The translations under genes were made by a program, and so were the position numbers. Positions 1 through 8,815 of a stretch of 60,037 bases of DNA are shown here, in pieces. The DNA comes from a virus (Duplodnaviria > Caudoviricetes), in IMG/VR virus record IMGVR_UViG_3300030085_002970, positions 1 to 60,037 of that record; one strand, 5' to 3'. The notes under the pieces are model-generated. The model made no database searches. It had not been told where the DNA came from and was given only the letters and a program-made list of their open reading frames with translations. How positions within the stretch are numbered: position 1 is the stretch's first letter; each line of letters begins with the position of its first letter.

Positions 1-561
1 ACTTCATCCGGTATTCATGCATGGCATAATGATTATTATGTCCGTAGATTACGCGTAGGAAAAAACGAAGCGATATATTCGTATCTATCGGTTCATCTTC
101 CTGAGCTAGTCAAAGATGAATATTTCAGACCACACGATACCGCTGTGATTGAAATACCACAACACGCACCACAAGGTTCTATTGTCCGAACTGAGTCTGC
201 GTTTGACTTACTCGAAAGAGTTAAACAAGTTTCTGATGAGTGGGTTAAACCTGGTCACAGAGCTGGAAGCAACACTCACAATGTATCTGCTACTATATCT
301 TTGAAAGAAGATGAGTGGGATGAAGCTGGTGAGTGGATGTGGAATAACCGTGATTGCTACAACGGTTTATCAGTGTTACCTTATGATGGTGGAACATATA
401 CTCAAGCTCCGTTTGAAGATATATCTAAAAACGAATACAATGAGCGTATGAAACATTTATCTATAGTTAATCTTGAAAATGTAGTAGAAATGAATGATAA
501 CACAGATCTATCAGGTGAACTTGCTTGCGCTGGTGGTAGCTGTGAAGTAACTAATCTTTAA
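1..561 (+). CDS. nrdJ: Class II (B12-dependent, monomeric RTPR-type) ribonucleotide reductase, C-terminal part; 5' truncated by the window
   Basis: Frame is open from base 1 (TSSGIHAWHNDYYVRRLRVGKNE). Contains HNVSATIS, NGLSVLP, YTQAPFE and the C-terminal redox pair ACAGGSCE. Confidence 0.88.
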   Translation, partial: TSSGIHAWHNDYYVRRLRVGKNEAIYSYLSVHLPELVKDEYFRPHDTAVIEIPQHAPQGSIVRTESAFDLLERVKQVSDEWVKPGHRAGSNTHNVSATISLKEDEWDEAGEWMWNNRDCYNGLSVLPYDGGTYTQAPFEDISKNEYNERMKHLSIVNLENVVEMNDNTDLSGELACAGGSCEVTNL

Positions 562-570
562 TTAAATATT

Positions 571-762
571 ATGAACGAATTAAATTCTAAAATGAATGAC
601 ATGATGCAAACATTAATATCAACTGCTGTTGATGTTGAAAAGTTTGAACAAGGAAATAAATCTGCAGGAACACGAATAAGAAAAGCCATGCAAGAAATTA
701 AAACAATGGCTCAAGAAGTTCGAGTTGAAGTTCAAGAAATTAAAAATAGTGAGTTAGTGTAG
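571..762 (+). CDS. Histone H1-like Hc1-family small protein
   Basis: EKFEQGNKSAGTRIRKAMQEIK matches the GNK(A/S)AGTRxRK signature of Hc1-like proteins. Confidence 0.7.
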   Translation: MNELNSKMNDMMQTLISTAVDVEKFEQGNKSAGTRIRKAMQEIKTMAQEVRVEVQEIKNSELV

Positions 763-766
763 TAAT

Positions 767-792
767 AAAAGGGGCTTCGGCCCCTTTTTTTT
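767..792. terminator. Bidirectional intrinsic terminator at the convergence of the + and - gene blocks
   Basis: AAAA-GGGGC-TTCG-GCCCC-TTTTTTTT between convergent stop codons. Confidence 0.9.
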
Positions 793-1099
793 ACGATAAA
801 AATATATCTATTTCATCTGAAGATCCAACTGTAGCATACATTCCAAAAGCACTATTTCTAGTAGGTATTTCATTTGTAAGAGCTAAGTAATCAGCATTAG
901 ATATTACTTTTTTATATATAAAAGTAAAAGTGCTAGAAGAGCCTGATAAAGGAGAATTTTGTAAATATAAAGTTATTGTACCAGTTCCAGAACTTTTTAC
1001 ATTTGTAATTTGTATTCTTTTAGGTACAAAAGAAGATCCCGGAGCTACTAACTCTGTAGTAACTGCCGTTGATCCTCTTAAATTTTTATATATAGCCAT
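791..1099 (-). CDS. Hypothetical beta-rich protein, possibly virion-associated
   Basis: 102-aa ORF, last gene of the late arm, TAATG-coupled to the upstream gene. Confidence 0.6.
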   Translation of the reverse strand: MAIYKNLRGSTAVTTELVAPGSSFVPKRIQITNVKSSGTGTITLYLQNSPLSGSSSTFTFIYKKVISNADYLALTNEIPTRNSAFGMYATVGSSDEIDIFLS

Positions 1100-1521
1100 T
1101 AAGCCTCTTCGTAAAACATTACAAATTCTAATACAACCGTATCATCAGTATCAGGTGTAGCTGTAACGTCATCTGCGTCAATACAAGTTAAAGGCATCAT
1201 TAGCCAGTCTCCACCATAAAGCTTACCAATTGGCTCTGATTTAATACCTATTGTAACACCTACAGACTTGTCAATAACACCTCTGTAGCCTATATTTCTA
1301 ATGTATATCTTAGCAGCTACGCTATCTTTAGGTTCTATTAACTCGCTAGCCATTGTTACCAAGTCTACAGCAGATGTTGCTGATAACTTTCTTCTTTGAA
1401 AACCTGTAGTACTATCTATATCTGTAAGAGTTCCAGCTTGCGTAAGAGTCATAGACTCATTAATACCACCAAAACCTGGAGCTATATCTGAAGCTATACT
1501 TATTGTGCATGTTGTCGCCAT
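1099..1521 (-). CDS. MATT-family hypothetical protein, paralog 3
   Basis: Starts MATTCTISIASD; contains KIYIRN and IGKLYGGDW shared with the two upstream genes. Confidence 0.75.
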   Translation of the reverse strand: MATTCTISIASDIAPGFGGINESMTLTQAGTLTDIDSTTGFQRRKLSATSAVDLVTMASELIEPKDSVAAKIYIRNIGYRGVIDKSVGVTIGIKSEPIGKLYGGDWLMMPLTCIDADDVTATPDTDDTVVLEFVMFYEEA

Positions 1522-1546
1522 GTTTATTTATTATTAAAAGTTATTA

Positions 1547-1960
1547 TTAAGATGCTGTTAAAATAGTTCCTTCGTGAAAAAGAGCATATTCTACTATATT
1601 AGTACCACCTGTTGATGTTATTTCTATATCTGCATTAGCATCATGAAAGTCTGCTGGAATAAACATCCAGTCACCACCGTATAATCTACCTACAGCTTGA
1701 GCATCAAGCACTACGCTTATGTAGTAAGTTTCATCTGTAGAGTGATTTTTAACATAAAGCTTAGAAGCTTTACTTGCTGTTGGTGTTGAACAGATAATAT
1801 CATAAGCTGTTCCAGTAGCTATTTCTACTACACCATATTCCATTTGATCTAACCCGTCTGCAGTGGTACCAGCTTTCATGCACGTTGTGCTTGCGCTTAC
1901 CGACATTGCATCCGAAAGAAGATCACTTGTTAGCGTTACCGCTGCCGTCGTTGTTGCCAT
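1547..1960 (-). CDS. MATT-family hypothetical protein, paralog 2
   Basis: MATTTAAVTLTSDLLSD, KLYVKN, VGRLYGGDWMFIP. Confidence 0.75.
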   Translation of the reverse strand: MATTTAAVTLTSDLLSDAMSVSASTTCMKAGTTADGLDQMEYGVVEIATGTAYDIICSTPTASKASKLYVKNHSTDETYYISVVLDAQAVGRLYGGDWMFIPADFHDANADIEITSTGGTNIVEYALFHEGTILTAS

Positions 1961-1987
1961 AATTATTTATTTATTTATTGTTAATTT

Positions 1988-2386
1988 TTATTCGTCTGTA
2001 AATAACATATACTCTAACACCATATCCGCGGCACTAGGTTGTATTTTTATATCGTTAGTGTCAGCGTTGGCTTCCCAAGGAAAAAAACACCAATCACCAG
2101 CATATAATTTACCCATTTGTTCAGAGTTAATCTCTATAGTAAAATATTGTGCTGCTGTTGTTGAGGTGTTTTTCAAGTACACTTTATGAGCACCGTTTGC
2201 ATAAGCGTCTCCATCAAAAAGAATATACTGACTAGTACCACTGGTTTTCTTTCTACCTAAACCTCCTGTTCCAACTAAACCAGTAGAATTACCAGCTCCC
2301 GTAAGTGTCGCTGTTGTTGTTAAAGATAACTCATCAGATAATAAGTCTGTGCTAGCTATTGTTATTGTTGCTGTTGTCGTTGCCAT
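1988..2386 (-). CDS. MATT-family hypothetical protein, paralog 1
   Basis: MATTTATITIASTDLLSD, KVYLKN, MGKLYAGDWCFFP. Confidence 0.75.
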   Translation of the reverse strand: MATTTATITIASTDLLSDELSLTTTATLTGAGNSTGLVGTGGLGRKKTSGTSQYILFDGDAYANGAHKVYLKNTSTTAAQYFTIEINSEQMGKLYAGDWCFFPWEANADTNDIKIQPSAADMVLEYMLFTDE

Positions 2387-2396
2387 ATTTTTTTAT

Positions 2397-2864
2397 TTAA
2401 TCGTAATCTATATATTCAATTGTTACTTCTTCTCCTTGTTCTATCGCTTTTGCAATACTAGGATAAATCCTTTTATAAGCGTTAACACTTTTACCGATAA
2501 ATCCATCTGGTAGAAGTTGGTTGTTTTCTTGCGAGTCACCCACCAATAAACACCCAGCGGTATGCTCGTCAGTATTTCCAGTGTGTATAAGAATAAACTC
2601 AAAGTTAGGAACATCAGTGACATGTAACATACCACGATGTATACCAGGATATTTTTTAGTATATCTTTCATGAAAACCACCTTCTTTTCTTAATTCTATA
2701 TTGTATACACCAGCAGGTACTCTAGTTTCTCCTCTAACTTTCAAAGCTCTACGCTCATCTTCAAGTGTATAACAAAGAAACTTTTTACCCATATCTGTTT
2801 CTTCAAAAAGCAAACCGTGTGTTGAATCTGCTTCTGAACTAAATCTTAATACTTTTAATTTCAT
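2397..2864 (-). CDS. DUF5675-family protein (L,D-transpeptidase-like His/Cys), candidate endolysin
   Basis: CYTLED, RVPAGVY and ILIHTGNTDEHTAGCLLVG motifs. Confidence 0.75.
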   Translation of the reverse strand: MKLKVLRFSSEADSTHGLLFEETDMGKKFLCYTLEDERRALKVRGETRVPAGVYNIELRKEGGFHERYTKKYPGIHRGMLHVTDVPNFEFILIHTGNTDEHTAGCLLVGDSQENNQLLPDGFIGKSVNAYKRIYPSIAKAIEQGEEVTIEYIDYD

Positions 2865-2871
2865 AATTTTT

Positions 2872-3588
2872 TTAATAAGTTCCTGGCGCTGGTATGTTTG
2901 TTACAGTTACACCATTTGCAAAACCAGTTGTATTGCCACCTAGCATTTGGTTTATAAAAGCATATTTTACAGTGCTATAATTAGGCTCAATTGGGCCTCC
3001 ATTAGGACCACCAGTAACATAACCTACATTAAACAAATTACCTTGACCATCAAAAAGTAAAATATCTTGATATATACCTAAATCAGGATCAGGAGTAAAA
3101 GTGTATGTAGCGGAAGTTGTTCCATAATAAACAACTCCAGTTGTAGGTGACGCAGCAGGATTAGGAGGCGCCGCCGCTGCTTGAGCCATAGCCTCTGCTA
3201 AACCACTATAATCTCCTCCCATATACCAAGGTAATCCAGTTTCAGGATCTATATTAGCAGTTTCACTTCTTGCTGTCATTGGTTGTTGGGCTAACTGTCT
3301 TGGTGTTAATTTTGGTATAGCGCTTTGTTGATTTAATCTATAATCTCTTAATATAGAGCTAGATGTAATATATTGTCCTTTATCAAGTATTCTTTTAGGT
3401 AAAAAATGACTAACGCCAGCACCCATAGCTCTTGATATATCTTCATGGTTAATACCACCCATATAACCATTAACACCTTTAATAGTATGATGATGATAAC
3501 CTTTTAGCCCAAACTGAGTAGCAAATATAACAGCCTCCATAGGCGTACTGTAAACTGGTATTCCGCTTATAGAACCTATAACACTCAT
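2872..3588 (-). CDS. Hypothetical protein with a His/Gly-rich N-terminal domain
   Basis: 238-aa ORF; GYHHH..GYMGG motif followed by an Ala/Pro linker and a beta-rich C-terminus. Confidence 0.6.
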   Translation of the reverse strand: MSVIGSISGIPVYSTPMEAVIFATQFGLKGYHHHTIKGVNGYMGGINHEDISRAMGAGVSHFLPKRILDKGQYITSSSILRDYRLNQQSAIPKLTPRQLAQQPMTARSETANIDPETGLPWYMGGDYSGLAEAMAQAAAAPPNPAASPTTGVVYYGTTSATYTFTPDPDLGIYQDILLFDGQGNLFNVGYVTGGPNGGPIEPNYSTVKYAFINQMLGGNTTGFANGVTVTNIPAPGTY

Positions 3589-5969
3589 TGTTTTATTATT
3601 TTTACACTAATTATTGCGTTTTTATATTCAATTATCAAATTATATATACCAGGAGTTATTTTAGATACATTTAAAGAATTAATATCCTTTTTGCTAACAA
3701 CAATATCTCCTAGCAAGTTAACTAATTTAACGTTAACTTTTTTACTTATATATATATAGTCACTTGTAGGGTTAGGATATGTAATTAAACCACTTCTAAG
3801 CTCTAATAAATTTGTAGGTCCAGACCAACCATCTTGACAATATTCATATAAGCTCACACAAGTATTATCCCATTCTACATCACAGCAATATTCGTCAATA
3901 TCTATTACCCAAGCAAAGCAAGGATTAGGAAGAGTATATATATCACCAACAGCGCAACCAGCTGAGTATTCACAGGTCGAGTCAGGTACATTAACAAGCG
4001 GATCGTAGTTAATAGCAGTCGGATCATTACAGCCATAAATAGGATAAATGCAGCTACCATTATCAGTGTTTGCATCATCATCATAGTTAAGTGCGGTGCT
4101 ATCAGTACATCCATAATAATATTCAATACAACTTCCATTATCAGTATTACAAGTATCGCAGTAATTCCACATTGTAGGATCAATACAACCAAAAACTACT
4201 GGCATACAACTACCATCATCTGTATTTGCAGATGAGTTATAATTAAAGGCTACAGGGTCAGTGCAGCCCCAAACAACGGGTATGCACGAGCCGTCGTCTG
4301 TATTCGCTAATATATTATAGTTAAAAGCTGTACTATCAGTACAACCTAATACAACATCAATACAAGAGCCATCGTCAGTATTAGCTAATAAATTATAGTT
4401 AATTGCTAAAACGTCAGTACAGCCATAAATAAAAGGTATACAAGTACCATTATCAGTATTTGCTAAAACATCATAATTATACATTGTTGAGTCTATGCAA
4501 CCATATACGAACGGTATACAGCTACCGTTATCAACATTAGCATTTGCATTATAATTAAACATTGATGCATCTGTACAACCATACACTACAGCTATACAAC
4601 TTGAATCTTCTACATTTGCCAAAGGATTATAGTTAAGCGCTGTAGGGTCTGTACAACCTAAAACAGGTAAAACACAAGAGTTATCATCTGTGTTAGCCAG
4701 TGAATCATAATTTATAGCTATAGGATTAGTACAACCTTCTATTACAGGTATACAACTTCCATCATCAACGTTAGCGTTAGGATTATAATTAAACGCTAAA
4801 GAGTTCATACAGCCTTCAATAACTTCAATGCAAGAGCCTTGTATTTCAACATTAGCGTTAGGATTATAATTTAAAGCAGTAGAATCCATACAGCCAAGCA
4901 CAATTAAAGTGTTACAACTTCCATCGTCAAAATCAGCTGCAGGATTATACTCCAAATATATAGGGTTTGTACAACCCGCTAAGTAGTAACAAGTACTATC
5001 ATCAGTGTTAGCTAAGTAATCGTAGTTTAAAGCAGTTGTATCTGTACAACCATAAACTTTTTCAATACAATTATTACCACAATAAGGTTCTCCTGTTACA
5101 GGGAAAAATGGTGGTATAGGATTTACAAAACCACCTTCAATATCTATAGCTACATAATCTTCAGAATATAAACTATAACCACACTGCACAGCTGTAAAGT
5201 CTGATTGTTGTGTTATTTCAAACACTGCTCTAACAGGATAACCTGCTGCTAAGTTAACAAAGAACGTAGTATCAAAACCATCTATTAAAGTATAAGTTCC
5301 GATGTCTTGATAATTAAACGGTGGTAACAAGCTTGTTGCTTGTGATAGTTTTAAACTAGATCCAGCCCAACCGTTACCAGCTAAATCTGTTAATTCTAAC
5401 TCATGCATACAGCTATCTATATTTATATCTGTATTAGCTGAGTCTAAATAATTATATGCTAGTGAGTCTGTACATCCGTATACTTTTGGTGTAAAACACA
5501 TACCAGTGTCTAGTGTAGCTGCTATATCAAACTCTACATAACTAGGGTCCATACAACCAAATACTGGTGGTGGTGGAGGACAACCTGAAGTATATATTGT
5601 ATCATACATTTGATAACCAAAGTCAGCTATAGGCAACTGCCATATAGTATCACCACATTGTTCTATATATACAGAACCATCATTACCACCCCATAAACTA
5701 CCTGCTACACCATCGCCATAGGCGTCATTAATGACAAAATAAAAACTATCAACAGGCGCACAAGCCGCAGCATATTGTGGTTCGTAATCTATAATACCTG
5801 TATAAGGACCACCTTGCATTAATGTATCACCAAAGAAAGTCATTATATACCAAGAAGTTTCTTCTGGATACTGATCAGGATTTATTGTAACATTTAAACT
5901 CCATGTACCAGGAGGACATTGAGCAAAAGCAATATTAAATAAAAATAGAAATGTAATTAATCTTTTCAT
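3585..5969 (-). CDS. Secreted Cys/Asp-rich repeat protein with a T9SS (Por secretion) type-A C-terminal sorting domain
   Basis: Sec signal MKRLITFLFLFNIAFA|Q; 16 GCxDxxAxNY...DDGSC units; C-terminus YPNPTSD...NLLG...PGIY...KIIKQ. Confidence 0.85.
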   Translation of the reverse strand: MKRLITFLFLFNIAFAQCPPGTWSLNVTINPDQYPEETSWYIMTFFGDTLMQGGPYTGIIDYEPQYAAACAPVDSFYFVINDAYGDGVAGSLWGGNDGSVYIEQCGDTIWQLPIADFGYQMYDTIYTSGCPPPPPVFGCMDPSYVEFDIAATLDTGMCFTPKVYGCTDSLAYNYLDSANTDINIDSCMHELELTDLAGNGWAGSSLKLSQATSLLPPFNYQDIGTYTLIDGFDTTFFVNLAAGYPVRAVFEITQQSDFTAVQCGYSLYSEDYVAIDIEGGFVNPIPPFFPVTGEPYCGNNCIEKVYGCTDTTALNYDYLANTDDSTCYYLAGCTNPIYLEYNPAADFDDGSCNTLIVLGCMDSTALNYNPNANVEIQGSCIEVIEGCMNSLAFNYNPNANVDDGSCIPVIEGCTNPIAINYDSLANTDDNSCVLPVLGCTDPTALNYNPLANVEDSSCIAVVYGCTDASMFNYNANANVDNGSCIPFVYGCIDSTMYNYDVLANTDNGTCIPFIYGCTDVLAINYNLLANTDDGSCIDVVLGCTDSTAFNYNILANTDDGSCIPVVWGCTDPVAFNYNSSANTDDGSCMPVVFGCIDPTMWNYCDTCNTDNGSCIEYYYGCTDSTALNYDDDANTDNGSCIYPIYGCNDPTAINYDPLVNVPDSTCEYSAGCAVGDIYTLPNPCFAWVIDIDEYCCDVEWDNTCVSLYEYCQDGWSGPTNLLELRSGLITYPNPTSDYIYISKKVNVKLVNLLGDIVVSKKDINSLNVSKITPGIYNLIIEYKNAIISVKIIKQ
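3970..5052 (-). repeat. 14 tandem ~26-aa (~78-nt) GCTD..A.NY...ANTDDGSC coding repeats; two more copies lie further toward the N-terminus
   Basis: Counted directly in the translation; boundaries approximate. Confidence 0.85.
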
Positions 5970-6115
5970 TAGTAATCTTTATATTTTCTAATTTCTTTTC
6001 TAGCTTCTTTAGTAAGCTTGCCTTGTTTTTTTAACTCTTTTCTAGCTTTTCTTTTTGCTTTACGCAACTCTTTATTACCAAACAAAGCTAGTGGACTTTT
6101 CATTTTAAATGCCAT
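5969..6115 (-). CDS. Small basic protein, 48 aa, absent from the ORF track
   Basis: Translated by hand: MAFKMKSPLALFGNKELRKAKRKARKELKKQGKLTKEARKEIRKYKDY. Fills the gap and is TAATG-coupled to the next gene. Confidence 0.75.
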   Translation of the reverse strand: MAFKMKSPLALFGNKELRKAKRKARKELKKQGKLTKEARKEIRKYKDY

Positions 6116-6117
6116 AA

Positions 6118-6462
6118 CTAAAACTTACTTATTATTAATTCGTCTATATATTCTTGTATTTCTTCTCTAGTAGCTTGCATTTTAAAACTAAGATCTGCTT
6201 GATAACGTTTTACTTCTTCACCATCATCAAACACAATGATAGTAGGTACGATAGCAATAGAATATTTAGCTTGTACATCTCCATCATCAATGCTTAAACT
6301 TTTTTTATTAGCATCAGATAATTTATTAAACCACTCAACATCATTAGCTGAGTTCCAACCTGCGTTGAAGTGTACTACCTTTACTTGACTGAAAGCTGTA
6401 GCTGCTGTAAACACTAATATCATAATTAGCGCGTACAAATATTTTGCTATACACACTTTCAT
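6118..6462 (-). CDS. Exported thioredoxin-fold protein lacking CxxC
   Basis: Signal peptide ending AFS|Q; VVHFNAGWNSAN in place of FxAxWCGPC; cis-Pro motif IVPTIIVF. Confidence 0.7.
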   Translation of the reverse strand: MKVCIAKYLYALIMILVFTAATAFSQVKVVHFNAGWNSANDVEWFNKLSDANKKSLSIDDGDVQAKYSIAIVPTIIVFDDGEEVKRYQADLSFKMQATREEIQEYIDELIISKF

Positions 6463-6737
6463 TATCTTAACTGATCAATCTTATCTTCTATACGTCTGAT
6501 GTCTTCTTTTATTTCTTTAACATCTTCTTGTGTAGTCATAATAGTTTGTCGCACGTTTTGATCTTTCATATCAAACTCCATACGAGTAATATCAGGTTTA
6601 GGAAGTTCTTTAGCTTCAGATATATCTGCTTGTAACGCAAACCACATACCTATAATTGTAGCCATACCAAAACCTATAGCTATTAATGTCTGTATACTAA
6701 CTTTAAAGCTTGTATTTTCATTTAATTCTTTTGCCAT
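6462..6737 (-). CDS. Single-TM membrane protein with a C-terminal coiled coil (start re-called at MAKELNE)
   Basis: TM segment LIAIGFGMATIIGMWFAL, then heptads VKEIKEDIRRIEDKIDQL. Confidence 0.65.
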   Translation of the reverse strand: MAKELNENTSFKVSIQTLIAIGFGMATIIGMWFALQADISEAKELPKPDITRMEFDMKDQNVRQTIMTTQEDVKEIKEDIRRIEDKIDQLR

Positions 6738-6741
6738 TGTA

Positions 6742-7026
6742 TTATTTTTCACCGCATTTTTTGCTTGGATTACTTACTTGTACCCAGTTTTCTTTTCTAA
6801 ACCAATCACGTAAAGTAGCACCTTTTTTACGAGCACCTTTAACATTGCTTTTACTTGATCTTTTATATTTACCGCCTTTTGCAGCTTTACGTTTAGCGCG
6901 CACGACGCTAGCCCGTTCTGAAGCAGACATGCTACGAACTTTAGCAGCGGGCAGACACACTTTTTTTGTACCTCCGCCCTTTACTTTGCTACGCTTTTTA
7001 AGCGGTGAGATCAATTTAAAAGACAT
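6742..7026 (-). CDS. Small basic protein
   Basis: MSFKLISPLKK start, CLP and LRDWFRKENWV; very K/R-rich. Confidence 0.65.
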   Translation of the reverse strand: MSFKLISPLKKRSKVKGGGTKKVCLPAAKVRSMSASERASVVRAKRKAAKGGKYKRSSKSNVKGARKKGATLRDWFRKENWVQVSNPSKKCGEK

Positions 7027-7030
7027 AGTC

Positions 7031-7306
7031 TTACTTCTTTTTCATTTTCATAGCTGCTTTGCCTTTCATTTTCATAGCTGAAGCTTTTTTCATCTTCATT
7101 GCAGCTTTTTTCATCATCATAGTTGAATCTTTTTTAAGCTTCATAGCTGCTTTCTTCATTTTCATAGCAACACCTTCTTCTTTACCAGCTTTCTCTAAGA
7201 TAGCTTTAGCCATTTTAATAGATCCAGCATTTACTTTTTTCATAGCAGATTTTTTCGCCATTTTCATAGGCGCTTTTTTCGCCATTTTCATTGGTCCCTT
7301 TTTCAT
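7031..7306 (-). CDS. Lys/Met/Ala low-complexity histone-like protein (start re-called at MKKGPMKM)
   Basis: Repeated KKA(A/P)MKM units; the ATG at 7306 lies just after the PAP2 gene stop. Confidence 0.7.
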   Translation of the reverse strand: MKKGPMKMAKKAPMKMAKKSAMKKVNAGSIKMAKAILEKAGKEEGVAMKMKKAAMKLKKDSTMMMKKAAMKMKKASAMKMKGKAAMKMKKK

Positions 7307-7307
7307 T

Positions 7308-7850
7308 TTAAATTTTGTTTTTAATGTGGTTATACATTTCTTTACCAAGGTTTTCGCCCATTTTACTATCAGACTTATAGTGCGCATGAGCGACATTGCG
7401 ACTATAAGATATATTTTTTGCAGCTTTAGCAAAAGCTGATTTTGCTTTAGGATGTTTATCACCTAACACTTTAGCTATTAAAACTCCTTGTGTCGAATGA
7501 CCTGAGGGATATGAAGGTGTTTTCATGGAATCCATTTCAATATCATCCATTTTTATATTTAATTTTTTTGCCATTGATTTTGGCCTTGGTCTATTAAAGT
7601 GTTTTTTTAAATCGAGTATTATAGGTGCAGATTTTTTTATTAAATTTGCAACTAGTTTAGGATCGTAATCTTCAATATTTTTCTTTTTAGCAACTTTTTT
7701 AAAAACCGCTTCTATATCATCGTTTTCTTTGACAAACTTTCTACTCATTGGTATTTTAGTAAGCTCTTTAACTTCTTGCATAGTAGTAAAAGAACTATTA
7801 CTTGGTGGTTTTTTCTTTTTAAAAGAAGATATGTTAAAATCTTTAAACAT
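7308..7850 (-). CDS. PAP2 / haloperoxidase-superfamily phosphatase
   Basis: All three motifs present: KKHFNRPRP, PSYPSGH, SRNVAHAHYKSD. Confidence 0.8.
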   Translation of the reverse strand: MFKDFNISSFKKKKPPSNSSFTTMQEVKELTKIPMSRKFVKENDDIEAVFKKVAKKKNIEDYDPKLVANLIKKSAPIILDLKKHFNRPRPKSMAKKLNIKMDDIEMDSMKTPSYPSGHSTQGVLIAKVLGDKHPKAKSAFAKAAKNISYSRNVAHAHYKSDSKMGENLGKEMYNHIKNKI

Positions 7851-8301
7851 TTTTTCTTTGAGCTTTTAATCTTTTTTTAGCAGCTTTAGCTAGCCTTGCT
7901 TGTTCCATTTTACCCATAACCTCAGCTCTTTGCTCTAATACTGTTAGTATTTGTATTTTACGAGCATAAGGTTTATTTATTTTCATTACTTTAGCTATTG
8001 TTTTTCTAGCATCAGCAACAGTAGCAAACTTAATGCTTACTGTATCTTTTGGATTTTCATCAGTATACAACCTTCTATCAGAACCTTTTGGTTTTTTACC
8101 TGTACCAACTTTAGGATCTGCTTTCTTTTTTTTAGGTGAAGGTCTATTTGTTTGCATATTTATAAACCAGTTACATAGTTGTTTATCTCTTGGTGTAGCT
8201 CCAGGTCTAGCTTTTAATTTTTTACATTTATCTATAGTTACATCACCACCATAGATCTTAGCTATTCTAGCTTTCAATACGCCTCTATACGCCTTACTCA
8301 T
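7843..8301 (-). CDS. Basic hypothetical protein
   Basis: 152 aa, K-rich; GTGKKPKGSDRRLYTDENPKDTV. Confidence 0.65.
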   Translation of the reverse strand: MSKAYRGVLKARIAKIYGGDVTIDKCKKLKARPGATPRDKQLCNWFINMQTNRPSPKKKKADPKVGTGKKPKGSDRRLYTDENPKDTVSIKFATVADARKTIAKVMKINKPYARKIQILTVLEQRAEVMGKMEQARLAKAAKKRLKAQRKNV

Positions 8302-8644
8302 TGCCTTTTTTACCTAATCTTTTTCTAACAATGTTCATTGTAGTTTTCATTTTAGCCGCATAGCTAGGATTTTTTTTACGGTTAAAAACTACTTGCTGGT
8401 TTAAACTACTGATAATTCTAGATAAATTACCTTTACGAGATTTAATAAGCCAACTAGCTAAACCTGAAGGTGACAAGCTTTTAAACTTACCTTTTGCATC
8501 AGGAGCATCAGACTCTTTAAACTCACCCATGCGTTTTTTATTAGGCGAAACTTTAACGCAGCTTCCTTTGCTAAAGCGAGTTGTTCCAGGTTTTCTTTTA
8601 TAACCTTTCCAACACTTTAATGGGCTTTTCATTTTAAACGCCAT
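8294..8644 (-). CDS. Basic hypothetical protein
   Basis: Starts MAFKMKSPLKCWKGY..GSCVK. Confidence 0.65.
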   Translation of the reverse strand: MAFKMKSPLKCWKGYKRKPGTTRFSKGSCVKVSPNKKRMGEFKESDAPDAKGKFKSLSPSGLASWLIKSRKGNLSRIISSLNQQVVFNRKKNPSYAAKMKTTMNIVRKRLGKKGNE

Positions 8645-8811
8645 TATTTTTTCTTTTTACTTTTACCCATTTTACCTGGTCCACCAGCTCTAGTACATCT
8701 TACACCCCAACCTGAAGCATAAGCACTAGGCCAAACCTTAAACTTACGTTTTGCTGCTGTTTTACAAGCTGCAGAAATTTTTTTTAATGCTGAACTTTTT
8801 TGTACTTTCAT
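8644..8811 (-). CDS. Small basic protein, 55 aa, absent from the ORF track
   Basis: Translated by hand: MKVQKSSALKKISAACKTAAKRKFKVWPSAYASGWGVRCTRAGGPGKMGKSKKKK; TAATG-coupled. Confidence 0.7.
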   Translation of the reverse strand: MKVQKSSALKKISAACKTAAKRKFKVWPSAYASGWGVRCTRAGGPGKMGKSKKKK

Positions 8812-8815
8812 AATA

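Noticed and set aside
3970-5052. Diversity-generating retroelement template/variable repeats
   Set aside because: These are in-frame protein repeats diverged at all base types, and no reverse transcriptase gene is visible.
6118-6462. Thioredoxin serving as reductant for the RNR
   Set aside because: It has no CxxC and carries an export signal.
7307-7462. N-terminal extension of the Lys/Met repeat protein given in the ORF track
   Set aside because: It overlaps the catalytic end of the PAP2 gene in another frame; the ATG at 7306 fits better.
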